Positions 29,699 through 38,026 of a DNA stretch of 64,000 bases are shown in pieces. Source of the stretch: Candidatus Latescibacterota bacterium (GTDB taxonomy: Bacteria > Latescibacterota > UBA2968); assembly GCA_965207885.1 (NCBI GenBank), contig OZ242311.1, positions 4,672,001 through 4,736,000 of the forward strand, written 5' to 3'. Below the pieces are notes generated by a model. The model saw only the letters and a list, made by a program, of their open reading frames with translations. It was not told where the DNA came from and made no database searches. The translations under genes and the position numbers were made by a program. The number at the start of each line of letters is the position of its first letter. Within the stretch, counting starts at the first letter, position 1.

Positions 29699-31159
29699 CT
29701 ATCTCGGGTCTTCGGGTAATTGTGAGAAGTCGAATTCATTTACTTCATCAATGTCTGGTGCAAATGGGGGGATGGCGTGGGGGATATGGCTGTGCCCACA
29801 GCGTGCGATGAGTGCTCGGGCGCGTGCTTGTCGTTCGGCTTGTGCCAAGATATCATCGGCAGACCAGCGTGCAAAGATTTTTTCGAGGCCCGATTGGATC
29901 ACGTCACGATACCGGGGATCATTGGATAGGTCGCGGCGTTCTTCGGGGTCTTGGTCAATGTTGAACAATTGGCAAGAGTCAAATTCAGAGTAATAGTTCA
30001 ATTTCCACGGTCCCGTGCGGAGCATGCACGCGGGCTGGTCGCCGAGTAAGCCGATGTATTCTGCAAAGACTTCATTGGGCCAATCTGGCGGGGTACCCTG
30101 GAGGAATGGGGCGAAGCTTTTTCCGGAGACATCGGGCATGGGGTCAGCGCCCGCAATGTCCAGAGCTGTGGGTCCGACGTCGATGAGGCTGACGATGGCA
30201 TCTTCTGTGTGGTTTTCGCGAAGATGACCTGGCCCTGAGCAGATCAAGGGAATGCCTACAGAGCCTTCGTAAAAGCTGCTTTTCCACCACATGCCGTGTT
30301 CATGGGCCATGTCGCCGTGGTCTGAGGTGTAGATGATGACGGTATTGTCCGCATCGGAGGAGGATTGTACGGTGTCAATGATCTGGCCAATGTATCGGTC
30401 GAGTTCGGTTGTCAGGCCGTAATAGGCGGCTAACCCGCGGCGGTTTTGTTCTGGGGTGATGTCTTCAACGCCGCGTCTTTCGCGCCATTTTTTCATGGCC
30501 GGATGCAGGGCGTTTAAGTATTCGGGCGATTCGGGTTCGAGTGGTGGGATTTGCGCCATGTAATACTCGAAATCTTCTCTGCCGCAGATCAGGGGATTGT
30601 GCGGGTTCATGTAGCCGACGACGAGGGCATAAGCTCTGTCGCCCTCTTGCCGATCGGCGATGAATTTGCAGGCTGTTTCGGTGACGGATTTGTCAAAGTG
30701 GCGATAGCCCGTTTCGCCATGACCAGATACTTGAACGCCGTATTTGGTCTGTCCCGTTGTGCGGTTGTATCCAGAGCCGAGAATTTCTGCGGATAGCCCG
30801 CCGCAGTCGGCGTGGATGCGTTTTTCAAAGCCGTGGAATTGGTCGGGGTTTCTAAAGTGCATGCGACCGCATAGTACGGCTTCGTATCCCGCCGCGCCAA
30901 ATGCATGGGCAAATGTGGGGGTGTCAAAAGACAGGCTGCCGCTGTTGTCATAGACGCCCACGTCGCTGGGGTACTGCGCGGACATAAAGCCCGATCGCGA
31001 AGGCGCGCAGAGGGGATAGGGGCAATACGCATTGCGAAACCGGACCCCGCTGCGGGAGAGTGCGTCCAGATTAGGCGTTTGCACAATGGGATTTCCCGCA
31101 CATCCCATTACATGGGGGTTGTGCTGGTCAGAGATGATGATGATAATGTTGGGAGTCAT
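29699..31159 (-). CDS. Formylglycine-dependent sulfatase (choline-sulfatase-like)
   Basis: PNIIIIISDQH, CAPSR, GRMHF, TSDHGDM, WWKSSFYE. Confidence 0.92.
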   Translation of the reverse strand: MTPNIIIIISDQHNPHVMGCAGNPIVQTPNLDALSRSGVRFRNAYCPYPLCAPSRSGFMSAQYPSDVGVYDNSGSLSFDTPTFAHAFGAAGYEAVLCGRMHFRNPDQFHGFEKRIHADCGGLSAEILGSGYNRTTGQTKYGVQVSGHGETGYRHFDKSVTETACKFIADRQEGDRAYALVVGYMNPHNPLICGREDFEYYMAQIPPLEPESPEYLNALHPAMKKWRERRGVEDITPEQNRRGLAAYYGLTTELDRYIGQIIDTVQSSSDADNTVIIYTSDHGDMAHEHGMWWKSSFYEGSVGIPLICSGPGHLRENHTEDAIVSLIDVGPTALDIAGADPMPDVSGKSFAPFLQGTPPDWPNEVFAEYIGLLGDQPACMLRTGPWKLNYYSEFDSCQLFNIDQDPEERRDLSNDPRYRDVIQSGLEKIFARWSADDILAQAERQARARALIARCGHSHIPHAIPPFAPDIDEVNEFDFSQLPEDPR

Positions 31160-31165
31160 AGGTAA

Positions 31166-31222
31166 AAGTGTGAAGTGAGGAGGATGAAGTGTGAAGTGAG
31201 AAGGATGAAGTGTGAAGTGAGA
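31166..31222. repeat. About 3 tandem 21-bp units (GAAGTGTGAAGTGAGRAGGAT)
   Basis: Visible heptad-based tandem repeat; similar units at 14107-14138 and 31268-31280. Confidence 0.7.
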
Positions 31223-31226
31223 GGCA

Positions 31227-31260
31227 CGTCATTGCGGCATGGTTTTGAGCCGCAATCCAG
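31227..31260 (+). repeat. REP-like palindromic repeat, copy 2
   Basis: CGTCATTGCGGCATGGTTTTGAGCCGCAATCCAG. Confidence 0.8.
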
Positions 31261-31422
31261 AAGAGAAAAGTGTGAAGTGTGATGAACAATAAAATCCAAG
31301 CAACCACAGATAAACGCGGATGAACACAAAGAGATACGCCTACATCCATGTAGAAGCGATCCGGTCTCATATTCTTAGATCAGAAAATGGCCTCGCGCGT
31401 TCCAGATTGATCAATCCCGCCC

Positions 31423-32130
31423 CTATTTTCGATCATTTCCGTTATACAATCCCTCGCCGCGTACGAGCAGACGCTTGGGGTTGGGAATGTCCATGAGTTC
31501 ATCGACGCTGTGATAGCCTACTGTCATGCTCATGCGCGTGTCGTCGGTGTGGTTTTCGCCTGCGCCGTGGACGACCATGCTGTCGATTGCGAGCATTCCA
31601 CCTGCGGGCATGGGTACGGGAAGTGCCTGGCCCAGAATATCGTTTGCCCATTCTGCATCGTGAATAGATGTGGGGGTGCCGGGGAAGTGATGCGATCCGG
31701 GAATGATACGGGTGCATCCATTTTCGAGGGTGGTTTCTTCGAGGTAAAAGATGATGGTGTAGATGTTGCGCGTCCACTGTCTGACATCGCGGTGAAGATA
31801 TGCGCCTTTGTTGTCCGATGCTGTGCGCAAGGTAGCGTGGTTGTGGCGGTTGGTGAGGATTTCGATATTGGGTCCCAGAAGCGATTCGAGTGGGTCGAGC
31901 GCGTATGGATGCGTGACTGCTTCTCGAAAGACCGACGCGCGGTCCATAAGGGCAGAGATGCGCACGGCGCAGCCATCCTTATTGCGCACGATGGGTTCGA
32001 CTTCGCGGTCAATGTCTTCCATAATAGCCGCTTTCAGGTTTTCAATCATTTTTTCTGGCAAAAGGTCTGGAAGACAGAGAAAACCGTTGTTTCGGAAGAG
32101 CTGGATTTGTCGCATGGTGAGTGAGGGCAT
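31423..32130 (-). CDS. PhyH-family Fe(II)/2-oxoglutarate dioxygenase (canonical HxD)
   Basis: LHRD, ENGCTRIIPGSH, VHGAGEN, RMSM. Confidence 0.88.
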   Translation of the reverse strand: MPSLTMRQIQLFRNNGFLCLPDLLPEKMIENLKAAIMEDIDREVEPIVRNKDGCAVRISALMDRASVFREAVTHPYALDPLESLLGPNIEILTNRHNHATLRTASDNKGAYLHRDVRQWTRNIYTIIFYLEETTLENGCTRIIPGSHHFPGTPTSIHDAEWANDILGQALPVPMPAGGMLAIDSMVVHGAGENHTDDTRMSMTVGYHSVDELMDIPNPKRLLVRGEGLYNGNDRK

Positions 32131-32133
32131 GTC

Positions 32134-32883
32134 CTACTCCTGAACGGGGAGAGAATAGGGATGGGGATGTCCCGTATAGACTTTTTCGCCGCGTACGAGA
32201 ACTTTTTCCGGGTCGTCTTTGATTACGTCGTGGGCGTCGTGGGCGCGATAGGCAACCGTCATGCTGCGGCGAGAATGATCGGAACAATTTGTGTCAGAGC
32301 CGTGATAACAGCAGTCGTTAAAGAGCAGTACGCCGCCGCGCGGCATGGGGATTGGCACTGCGCGGTAATAGTTGTCGCTGTCGTAAAAATTATCTCTTTG
32401 TTTCTGTGGTCGGCGCGGGTTGAGAAATGGTCGGTTGTGGCTGCCGGGAACGATGCGCACACAGCCGTTTTCAACGGTTGATTCTTCGAGGTAGATCAAG
32501 CCGGTGATAAGGGTGTGGTCATAGGGTTCTTCACCGGCGTGCCAGGGGACGGGATAAGATCCGGATGGGCGCACCATGACGTGGTTGTGTTTGTTGGTGA
32601 GTACTTCGATGTTTGGGCCGATGATGCCTTCGAGGGCGTTGAGGATGATGGGGTGAGACGCAGCTTCAAAATAGACGGGGTCTCGTAAGAAAATTTTTGA
32701 GAGACGGCGGACATTTTTCGGTTCTCGATCCCCTTTTTCTTCCCAAACAATGGGTTCGCGCATGTCTGCAATTTGCCGGGAGGTGACTTCATTTAGACGA
32801 TCGACCAGATCGCCGGGCAAGGTTTCGCGGACTTTGTAAAATCCAGTGGTTTTGAAATACCAGAGGTCTTCTTCTGTGATCAT
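32134..32883 (-). CDS. PhyH-family Fe(II)/2OG enzyme with HxG motif (candidate halogenase)
   Basis: PWHAGEE in place of PWHxD; ENGCVRIVPGSH; distal YHGS; RRSM. Confidence 0.85.
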   Translation of the reverse strand: MITEEDLWYFKTTGFYKVRETLPGDLVDRLNEVTSRQIADMREPIVWEEKGDREPKNVRRLSKIFLRDPVYFEAASHPIILNALEGIIGPNIEVLTNKHNHVMVRPSGSYPVPWHAGEEPYDHTLITGLIYLEESTVENGCVRIVPGSHNRPFLNPRRPQKQRDNFYDSDNYYRAVPIPMPRGGVLLFNDCCYHGSDTNCSDHSRRSMTVAYRAHDAHDVIKDDPEKVLVRGEKVYTGHPHPYSLPVQE

Positions 32884-32899
32884 GTTGAGATATCCTTTA

Positions 32900-34234
32900 T
32901 TATCTCGGGTCTATTACTCGCCCGACAAATAGGGTGGTATTGGTCGCTATGTCCCGGATGAGGAAGATAAATGGCCGATCGACCGTGACTCTGGGAGGGA
33001 GGGATGTTACGCCTATGACTACGCCGGTGGCAGCAGCGGCTTCTGTGCCGTTCTCATTGACCAGGACGAACGCCTTGTGAAAGGCGTCTGAAATGGACAG
33101 GTTTTTTGTTCCATCCATGCCGGAGAAGTCCGCTAATTGCGGGTTAAAGGCATCGGATATTCCCATCTTCTGAAGCATTGCGCCCAGCTTGAATTGGGCT
33201 TCAAACTCGAATGAGGGCATGGTGAGCTCTATGCGCTGGCGTCTCAGGTCTTTCGAAACCTGACTGATGAGTTCGGCGTTTAGCGACTTTTCGAACGGGT
33301 CAAAAGTGCCTTTGTCGGGAAGCAGGATGGCCATGGATATTTCACCGCCGTCGTAGAGCAATTCGACAGCCTGATATCCCGTACCCCTCGCATAGCCGAA
33401 TGATTCGGTCTGTCGCATCATCGGTACCTTGATGCTGTTGCCAGTGAGCAAGTAGAAGTCGCCTTCAGCAGTGGCTCTTTCGTCGAAGGTGTGAAGCCAC
33501 GCCGCGTTGAAGTAGATGGCATTGGTGAGGACTAAGCGGGTCAAGTTGTCAATTGCGCCGGAAGGTATGAGGTCTTTGATTTTCTCTTCGGTTTGATGGG
33601 CAACCCAGTCGTTGATTGTGACGCGCGAGTTTTCTGGCGCCTCAGTGAAGTTTGCGATTCTCATTCCAGCGCCGTAATTTTCCGCCAGTTTGTCCAGAAA
33701 GTTCTGCAGAAAGCTATAGCCCTGTTGTCCCCAGATCGCATTGGCGATGTTCAATCGAAATCCCTTGCCATCCTGGCCACTGCTGCCTTCGCCGCGAGAT
33801 GCGAGTTGGAGATCGAGGGCGTTGAACGCGGAGTGCAACTTGTCCTGGGACAGGGTGAAGTGCAGTGCGTTTGACATCTGGCGTTCGGTTTCGCCTCTGG
33901 CACCGGCATAGGTCATGGCAAGTGCCAGCGAGATGCTGTAGGGCGAATAGAAAAGGTTTCCGCTTTCTTCTTCGCGCAGTTTCTGATACAGGCCAAAGGC
34001 GAAGTCGTTGTTGCCGCGCACCAGGTCTGTTAGCTCTGAATCTGTCGCCAGAGGTATGGTCACCCGCGTCTTTTCTGATCGCACTTCGTTTGATTGCGTT
34101 TCTTCTGTAGCAGGTGTCTCGGTTGGCGGGGGGGCTGTGGGAGAGACCTCCGGTAATTTACCGCATCCGAGTAGTGCGATTGATAGTATTATAGCAGGTA
34201 GCAAATGGTTGGTTGGCTTTTGTATCATTTTCAT
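32900..34234 (-). CDS. Serpin-family lipoprotein
   Basis: Lipobox ALLGC; FYSPYSISLALAM, LTNAIYF, hinge ENGTEAAAATG, DRPFIFLIRD. Confidence 0.95.
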   Translation of the reverse strand: MKMIQKPTNHLLPAIILSIALLGCGKLPEVSPTAPPPTETPATEETQSNEVRSEKTRVTIPLATDSELTDLVRGNNDFAFGLYQKLREEESGNLFYSPYSISLALAMTYAGARGETERQMSNALHFTLSQDKLHSAFNALDLQLASRGEGSSGQDGKGFRLNIANAIWGQQGYSFLQNFLDKLAENYGAGMRIANFTEAPENSRVTINDWVAHQTEEKIKDLIPSGAIDNLTRLVLTNAIYFNAAWLHTFDERATAEGDFYLLTGNSIKVPMMRQTESFGYARGTGYQAVELLYDGGEISMAILLPDKGTFDPFEKSLNAELISQVSKDLRRQRIELTMPSFEFEAQFKLGAMLQKMGISDAFNPQLADFSGMDGTKNLSISDAFHKAFVLVNENGTEAAAATGVVIGVTSLPPRVTVDRPFIFLIRDIATNTTLFVGRVIDPR

Positions 34235-34449
34235 GTTAGCCTCCTTGCCCGGCTATCGTCTCCATGGATGGATACAGAAAAATTATCTCAAATTATGGTG
34301 TAAATCAAGGTTTATTGTTCGCGATGGTCCAGGGCATCACATTTTTTTCAATCTGGAAGCTCTCGTTTTTTCTATGAGTAACGAAAAAAATGTAGTATAT
34401 TGAAATTACTTGAAGTTCTTTGTTTTTCATTTTGTGAAAGGATAGCTGT

Positions 34450-36285
34450 ATGCCCAACGCGTTACTTGTATATCCAAAGAATCCGGTGACGTTCTGGAGT
34501 TTTGATGAGGCTTTGAGGTTGATCGGAAAGAAGTCTGCTTTTCCGCCTTTGGGGTTGTTGACGATTGCCGGTATGATGCCCGAGCAATACAGTTTGCGCG
34601 TGGTGGATGTGAATGTGCATCCACTGACAGATGAAGATCTGGATTGGGCAGATGTTGTGATTACATCGTCGATGATTATTCACTGGCATTCCCTCGAAGA
34701 GATTATTGCTCAGTGCAATGTCGCAGGCGTGCCCGTGCTCAATGGCGGTCCGTTGCCCACGCAGTATTGCGAAGATATTGAGGGAGATGCGATTTTTTAT
34801 CTGGGCGAGGCTGAAAATGGTTTTATGGATGTGGTCGAGCGATTGGTGGCCGAACCCTACCATGGGGGGCGAGAGTACATTGATCGGCGAGGTGATTTTC
34901 AAAGCCTCTCAACAACACCGCTTCCGCGCTGGGATCTGATCAATTTTGACGATTATACTGTGATGGTGATTCAGATTACAAGGGGGTGTCCAGAAAGTTG
35001 CACATTTTGCAATATCCCCGCGCTTTACGGCAAGATAACGCGTTTGAAAAATAGTAGCCGCGTGATTCAGGAACTGGACGCGCTTTACGACAGAGGCTGG
35101 CGCGGTTCAGTTATGGCAGTTGATGACAATTTTGTTGGCAACCGCGAAGAGATTCGAGAAACACTGGAAGAAGAGGTGGTTCCCTGGCAAAGAGAGCGTG
35201 GGTATCCTTTCCAACTCTTTACACAGGCCAGCATTCGCGTGAGCGATGATCCCGCGCTGTTAGAAGCGATGCACCTCGCTGGATTTGATAAAATTTTTGC
35301 GGGGATTGAATCGCCAGTGGAAGAGAGCCTGAAGTTTATGGGCGCGCAAAAGAATCTGCAGGGCGATACGCCTTTGCTGGACAAAGTGAAGATTCTGCAA
35401 GACTATGGCATGGAGGTTCAGGCTGGTTTTATTATGGGCCTGGATACAGATCCAGATGATATTGCCGACCGCATGATTGCGTTTATCAGAGAAGCGGGTA
35501 TTCCGGTGGCTATGGTGGGGGTTTTGGGCGTGTTGCGCGACACGCCCGACTTCAAGCGCTACAAGCGGTTGGGCCGCCTGCGTGAAGATGTAAAATATAC
35601 GGGTGATTCGGGTATTTTCAGTCGGGAGTTGAGTTATGTGCCCCTCATCGATCCCGATGAACTGCTGGCGCGTCATCGCAAGGTCGTGGAAACGCTGAAC
35701 AGCCCAGAGATATTCTTTGAACGCTGCCGCACGCACTATGCACACCGCGCGCGCAGACCGATTCCATCAATGCCAATTGGTTGGATAGAACTCAGGGCGG
35801 GGTTGCGCTCTTTTTGGCATCAGGGGGTGTCCGGAACTTATCGGTGGACGTTCTGGAAGTTTATGGCCCATATGCTCTTGCATCATCCTCGCGATTTTGG
35901 CGATGCCATACGCATGTCCATTCATGGGCGTCATTTGATCCTCACCACGCGCGACGCTCTGCAAGTCGATGATGTGCAGACATTTTTGGATGAGGCGCTG
36001 GATCACCTGAAGCGATTTAGCGAGGGATATAAAGAGGTGAGCGTCGGTGATTACGCGAGCAAGTTGATGCACGCTTTGCACGGGCGGATTGATCATTTTC
36101 AGGACGATTATCGCACTTTGCAACACAACGCCGAGGTGATGTTGAAGGCGGCTCAGGAATACTGTGGGTTGATCCGCAAGGAATTTCGCCATCAGGTTGC
36201 AGAACCTCTCGAGCGTTTTCAGCAAGAGATTGAAGCAATTCTCGAATCATATCCCACACAAAGCAGTTTGCAACCTGCGCGATAG
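34450..36285 (+). CDS. Cobalamin-binding radical SAM protein (DUF4070-type)
   Basis: FPPLGLLT B12-binding start, RGCPESCTFC, VDDNF, GIES, GFIMGLD; extra C-terminal helical region. Confidence 0.9.
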   Translation: MPNALLVYPKNPVTFWSFDEALRLIGKKSAFPPLGLLTIAGMMPEQYSLRVVDVNVHPLTDEDLDWADVVITSSMIIHWHSLEEIIAQCNVAGVPVLNGGPLPTQYCEDIEGDAIFYLGEAENGFMDVVERLVAEPYHGGREYIDRRGDFQSLSTTPLPRWDLINFDDYTVMVIQITRGCPESCTFCNIPALYGKITRLKNSSRVIQELDALYDRGWRGSVMAVDDNFVGNREEIRETLEEEVVPWQRERGYPFQLFTQASIRVSDDPALLEAMHLAGFDKIFAGIESPVEESLKFMGAQKNLQGDTPLLDKVKILQDYGMEVQAGFIMGLDTDPDDIADRMIAFIREAGIPVAMVGVLGVLRDTPDFKRYKRLGRLREDVKYTGDSGIFSRELSYVPLIDPDELLARHRKVVETLNSPEIFFERCRTHYAHRARRPIPSMPIGWIELRAGLRSFWHQGVSGTYRWTFWKFMAHMLLHHPRDFGDAIRMSIHGRHLILTTRDALQVDDVQTFLDEALDHLKRFSEGYKEVSVGDYASKLMHALHGRIDHFQDDYRTLQHNAEVMLKAAQEYCGLIRKEFRHQVAEPLERFQQEIEAILESYPTQSSLQPAR

Positions 36286-36306
36286 GACGCGCTGCGATAA
36301 AAAACA

Positions 36307-36346
36307 AAAGCCCGGTATCATAAAAGATATCGGGCTTTATTTTTTC
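36307..36346 (+). terminator. Intrinsic terminator after the radical SAM gene
   Basis: AAAGCCCGGTATC-loop-GATATCGGGCTTT followed by T-tract. Confidence 0.65.
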
Positions 36347-36349
36347 TTA

Positions 36350-36388
36350 AAAAGAAGCCGGAGACACTGTCTTCGGCTTCTTTGTTTT
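36350..36388. terminator. Bidirectional terminator at the trxA 3' end
   Basis: AAAGAAGCCGGAGAC-ACT-GTCTTCGGCTTCTTT flanked by A and T runs. Confidence 0.65.
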
Positions 36389-36713
36389 AAGCGAGCACAG
36401 CTTTGAGTTTGTCTTCTATCGCGCTTTTGGGGACAGCGCCGATAAGCTGATCTGCCTGTTTGCCGTCCTTAAAGATGAGTAATGTGGGGATGCTGCGAAT
36501 GCCAAATCCCTGTGCTGTTTGCTGGGCGTGATCTACATCGACTTTGCAGATTTTAACGCGACCATCGTATTCACGGGCGAGTTCTTCAATGCTGGGGGCA
36601 ATCATCCGGCACGGACCGCACCAAGTTGCCCAGAAATCCACGAGTACCGGGAGATCGGAATCGACAACTTCTGTCTGGAAATTTTCATCTGTAACATTCA
36701 ATGGACTTCCCAC
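36387..36713 (-). CDS. trxA: Thioredoxin
   Basis: VDFWATWCGPC, IRSIPT. Confidence 0.97.
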   Translation of the reverse strand: MGSPLNVTDENFQTEVVDSDLPVLVDFWATWCGPCRMIAPSIEELAREYDGRVKICKVDVDHAQQTAQGFGIRSIPTLLIFKDGKQADQLIGAVPKSAIEDKLKAVLA

Positions 36714-36784
36714 TTTGAGACTCCTTTCGGATTGGGTTTTGTTCTGATGAGAATGTGCTAAACTACCAGATTTTTACGGGGTTG

Positions 36785-37810
36785 TCAAGGGGATGCACGG
36801 CAGATTCGATAGGCCAGATGGGCGAGTATTTCGTGTGGTGTCCCGCCGCTGGATTTGAGGCGGTTGTCTGCATCGAGAAGGGCATCATGGGCATTCCAGA
36901 GTGCTCGTTCGTCGAATAGACGGGCCTGATCGAGATAGTTGTTGAGAAAAAAAGCGGGCACTTTGAGGCGTGAAGCGATTGCATTTCTGGGTAGGCGCTG
37001 GCCCGATAACCACCGCGCGCGCCGCAAAATCCCAAAGTGACGGACGAGTAGCGCGATTGTGCCGGCGGGATGTTCTCCCTGTTCGCAGAGCCGTCCAATA
37101 AGGATCTGTGCTTTGTTCAGCTGACGGTGCCCGAGTGCGTCGGCGAGTTCAAAAACCGTGATCCCCCGCGTGTTGTCTATCACCTGAGCGACGTCTTCGC
37201 GCGAGATTGGATTGGATGGGGTAGCGATAAAGAGTTTTTCGATTTCGCCGTTCAATTCGCGCAGATTTGATCCGATGCTCATGTGGAGCAGGTGAGCCGC
37301 GTCGGGCGCGATTTGTCTGTTCAGAGATTTGACATGTGTCTGGATCCAGGCCGGAATTTCATTGTCGTAGGGCGGGCGAAATTCGATTGCAATCGCGCGT
37401 TTTCTAAGTTCGGCAAATAGTTTTTTGCGTCCATCGGGTTTGGTGGCTGTGATGATTATGGTCGTTGTTTCGGGTGGGGATTCAATGAGGGGCAAGAGTT
37501 CGGGGGTGGCTGAGTCGGGTAAACGGTCGGCGTTTTTGAGGACAATCAGGCGGCGTTGCGCCATCATTGGAAAGGTGAGTGCTTGTGCAATGACCTGCGG
37601 AATATCGATGTCTTCGGCGCGATAGATGTCGAGATTGAAGGGGCGCGCTGCGGGTTCAATAAGGGTTTCAACGAGGGTGTTGAGAAGTTGATCGCGTTGA
37701 AAGTCTTCTTCCCCGTGGAAGTAGTAGAGAGATGAGATTTCGCCTTTTTGGACGGCATCGAGAACTTGAGCTGGCGATGGGCCGGTTTTGCGAGGACGTC
37801 GGGTAGCCAT
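36785..37810 (-). CDS. holA: DNA polymerase III delta subunit
   Basis: YYFHGEE, PMMAQRRLIVLK, EIEKL, VFELADA, DNRLKSS. Confidence 0.9.
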   Translation of the reverse strand: MATRRPRKTGPSPAQVLDAVQKGEISSLYYFHGEEDFQRDQLLNTLVETLIEPAARPFNLDIYRAEDIDIPQVIAQALTFPMMAQRRLIVLKNADRLPDSATPELLPLIESPPETTTIIITATKPDGRKKLFAELRKRAIAIEFRPPYDNEIPAWIQTHVKSLNRQIAPDAAHLLHMSIGSNLRELNGEIEKLFIATPSNPISREDVAQVIDNTRGITVFELADALGHRQLNKAQILIGRLCEQGEHPAGTIALLVRHFGILRRARWLSGQRLPRNAIASRLKVPAFFLNNYLDQARLFDERALWNAHDALLDADNRLKSSGGTPHEILAHLAYRICRASP

Positions 37811-37828
37811 CTGTGTTATCCGAGGAGT

Positions 37829-38002
37829 TTAAAGGTCTTTAAAGTCCGCGTCTTCAATTTGTGAATCGTCAATATCGCGCAGGGGGTTTTTCTTAGATGA
37901 TGTACGAGTGGTTGCGCGCATTAGTATGGCGCGGAATAAACCACCAACAAAACGAAAAAACAGGACGAGGATAAGGATGAAGAGAAATATACGAAGCAAC
38001 AT
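37829..38002 (-). CDS. Small single-TM hypothetical protein
   Basis: Hydrophobic N-terminus, acidic IEDADFKDL tail; in line between RND and holA. Confidence 0.6.
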   Translation of the reverse strand: MLLRIFLFILILVLFFRFVGGLFRAILMRATTRTSSKKNPLRDIDDSQIEDADFKDL

Positions 38003-38026
38003 GGGTGTCTCCATAGCCTTAGTGGC

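Noticed and set aside
31166-31280. Tandem 21-bp repeats as a possible CRISPR array
   Set aside because: Repeats are contiguous with no unique spacers, and no cas genes are in the window
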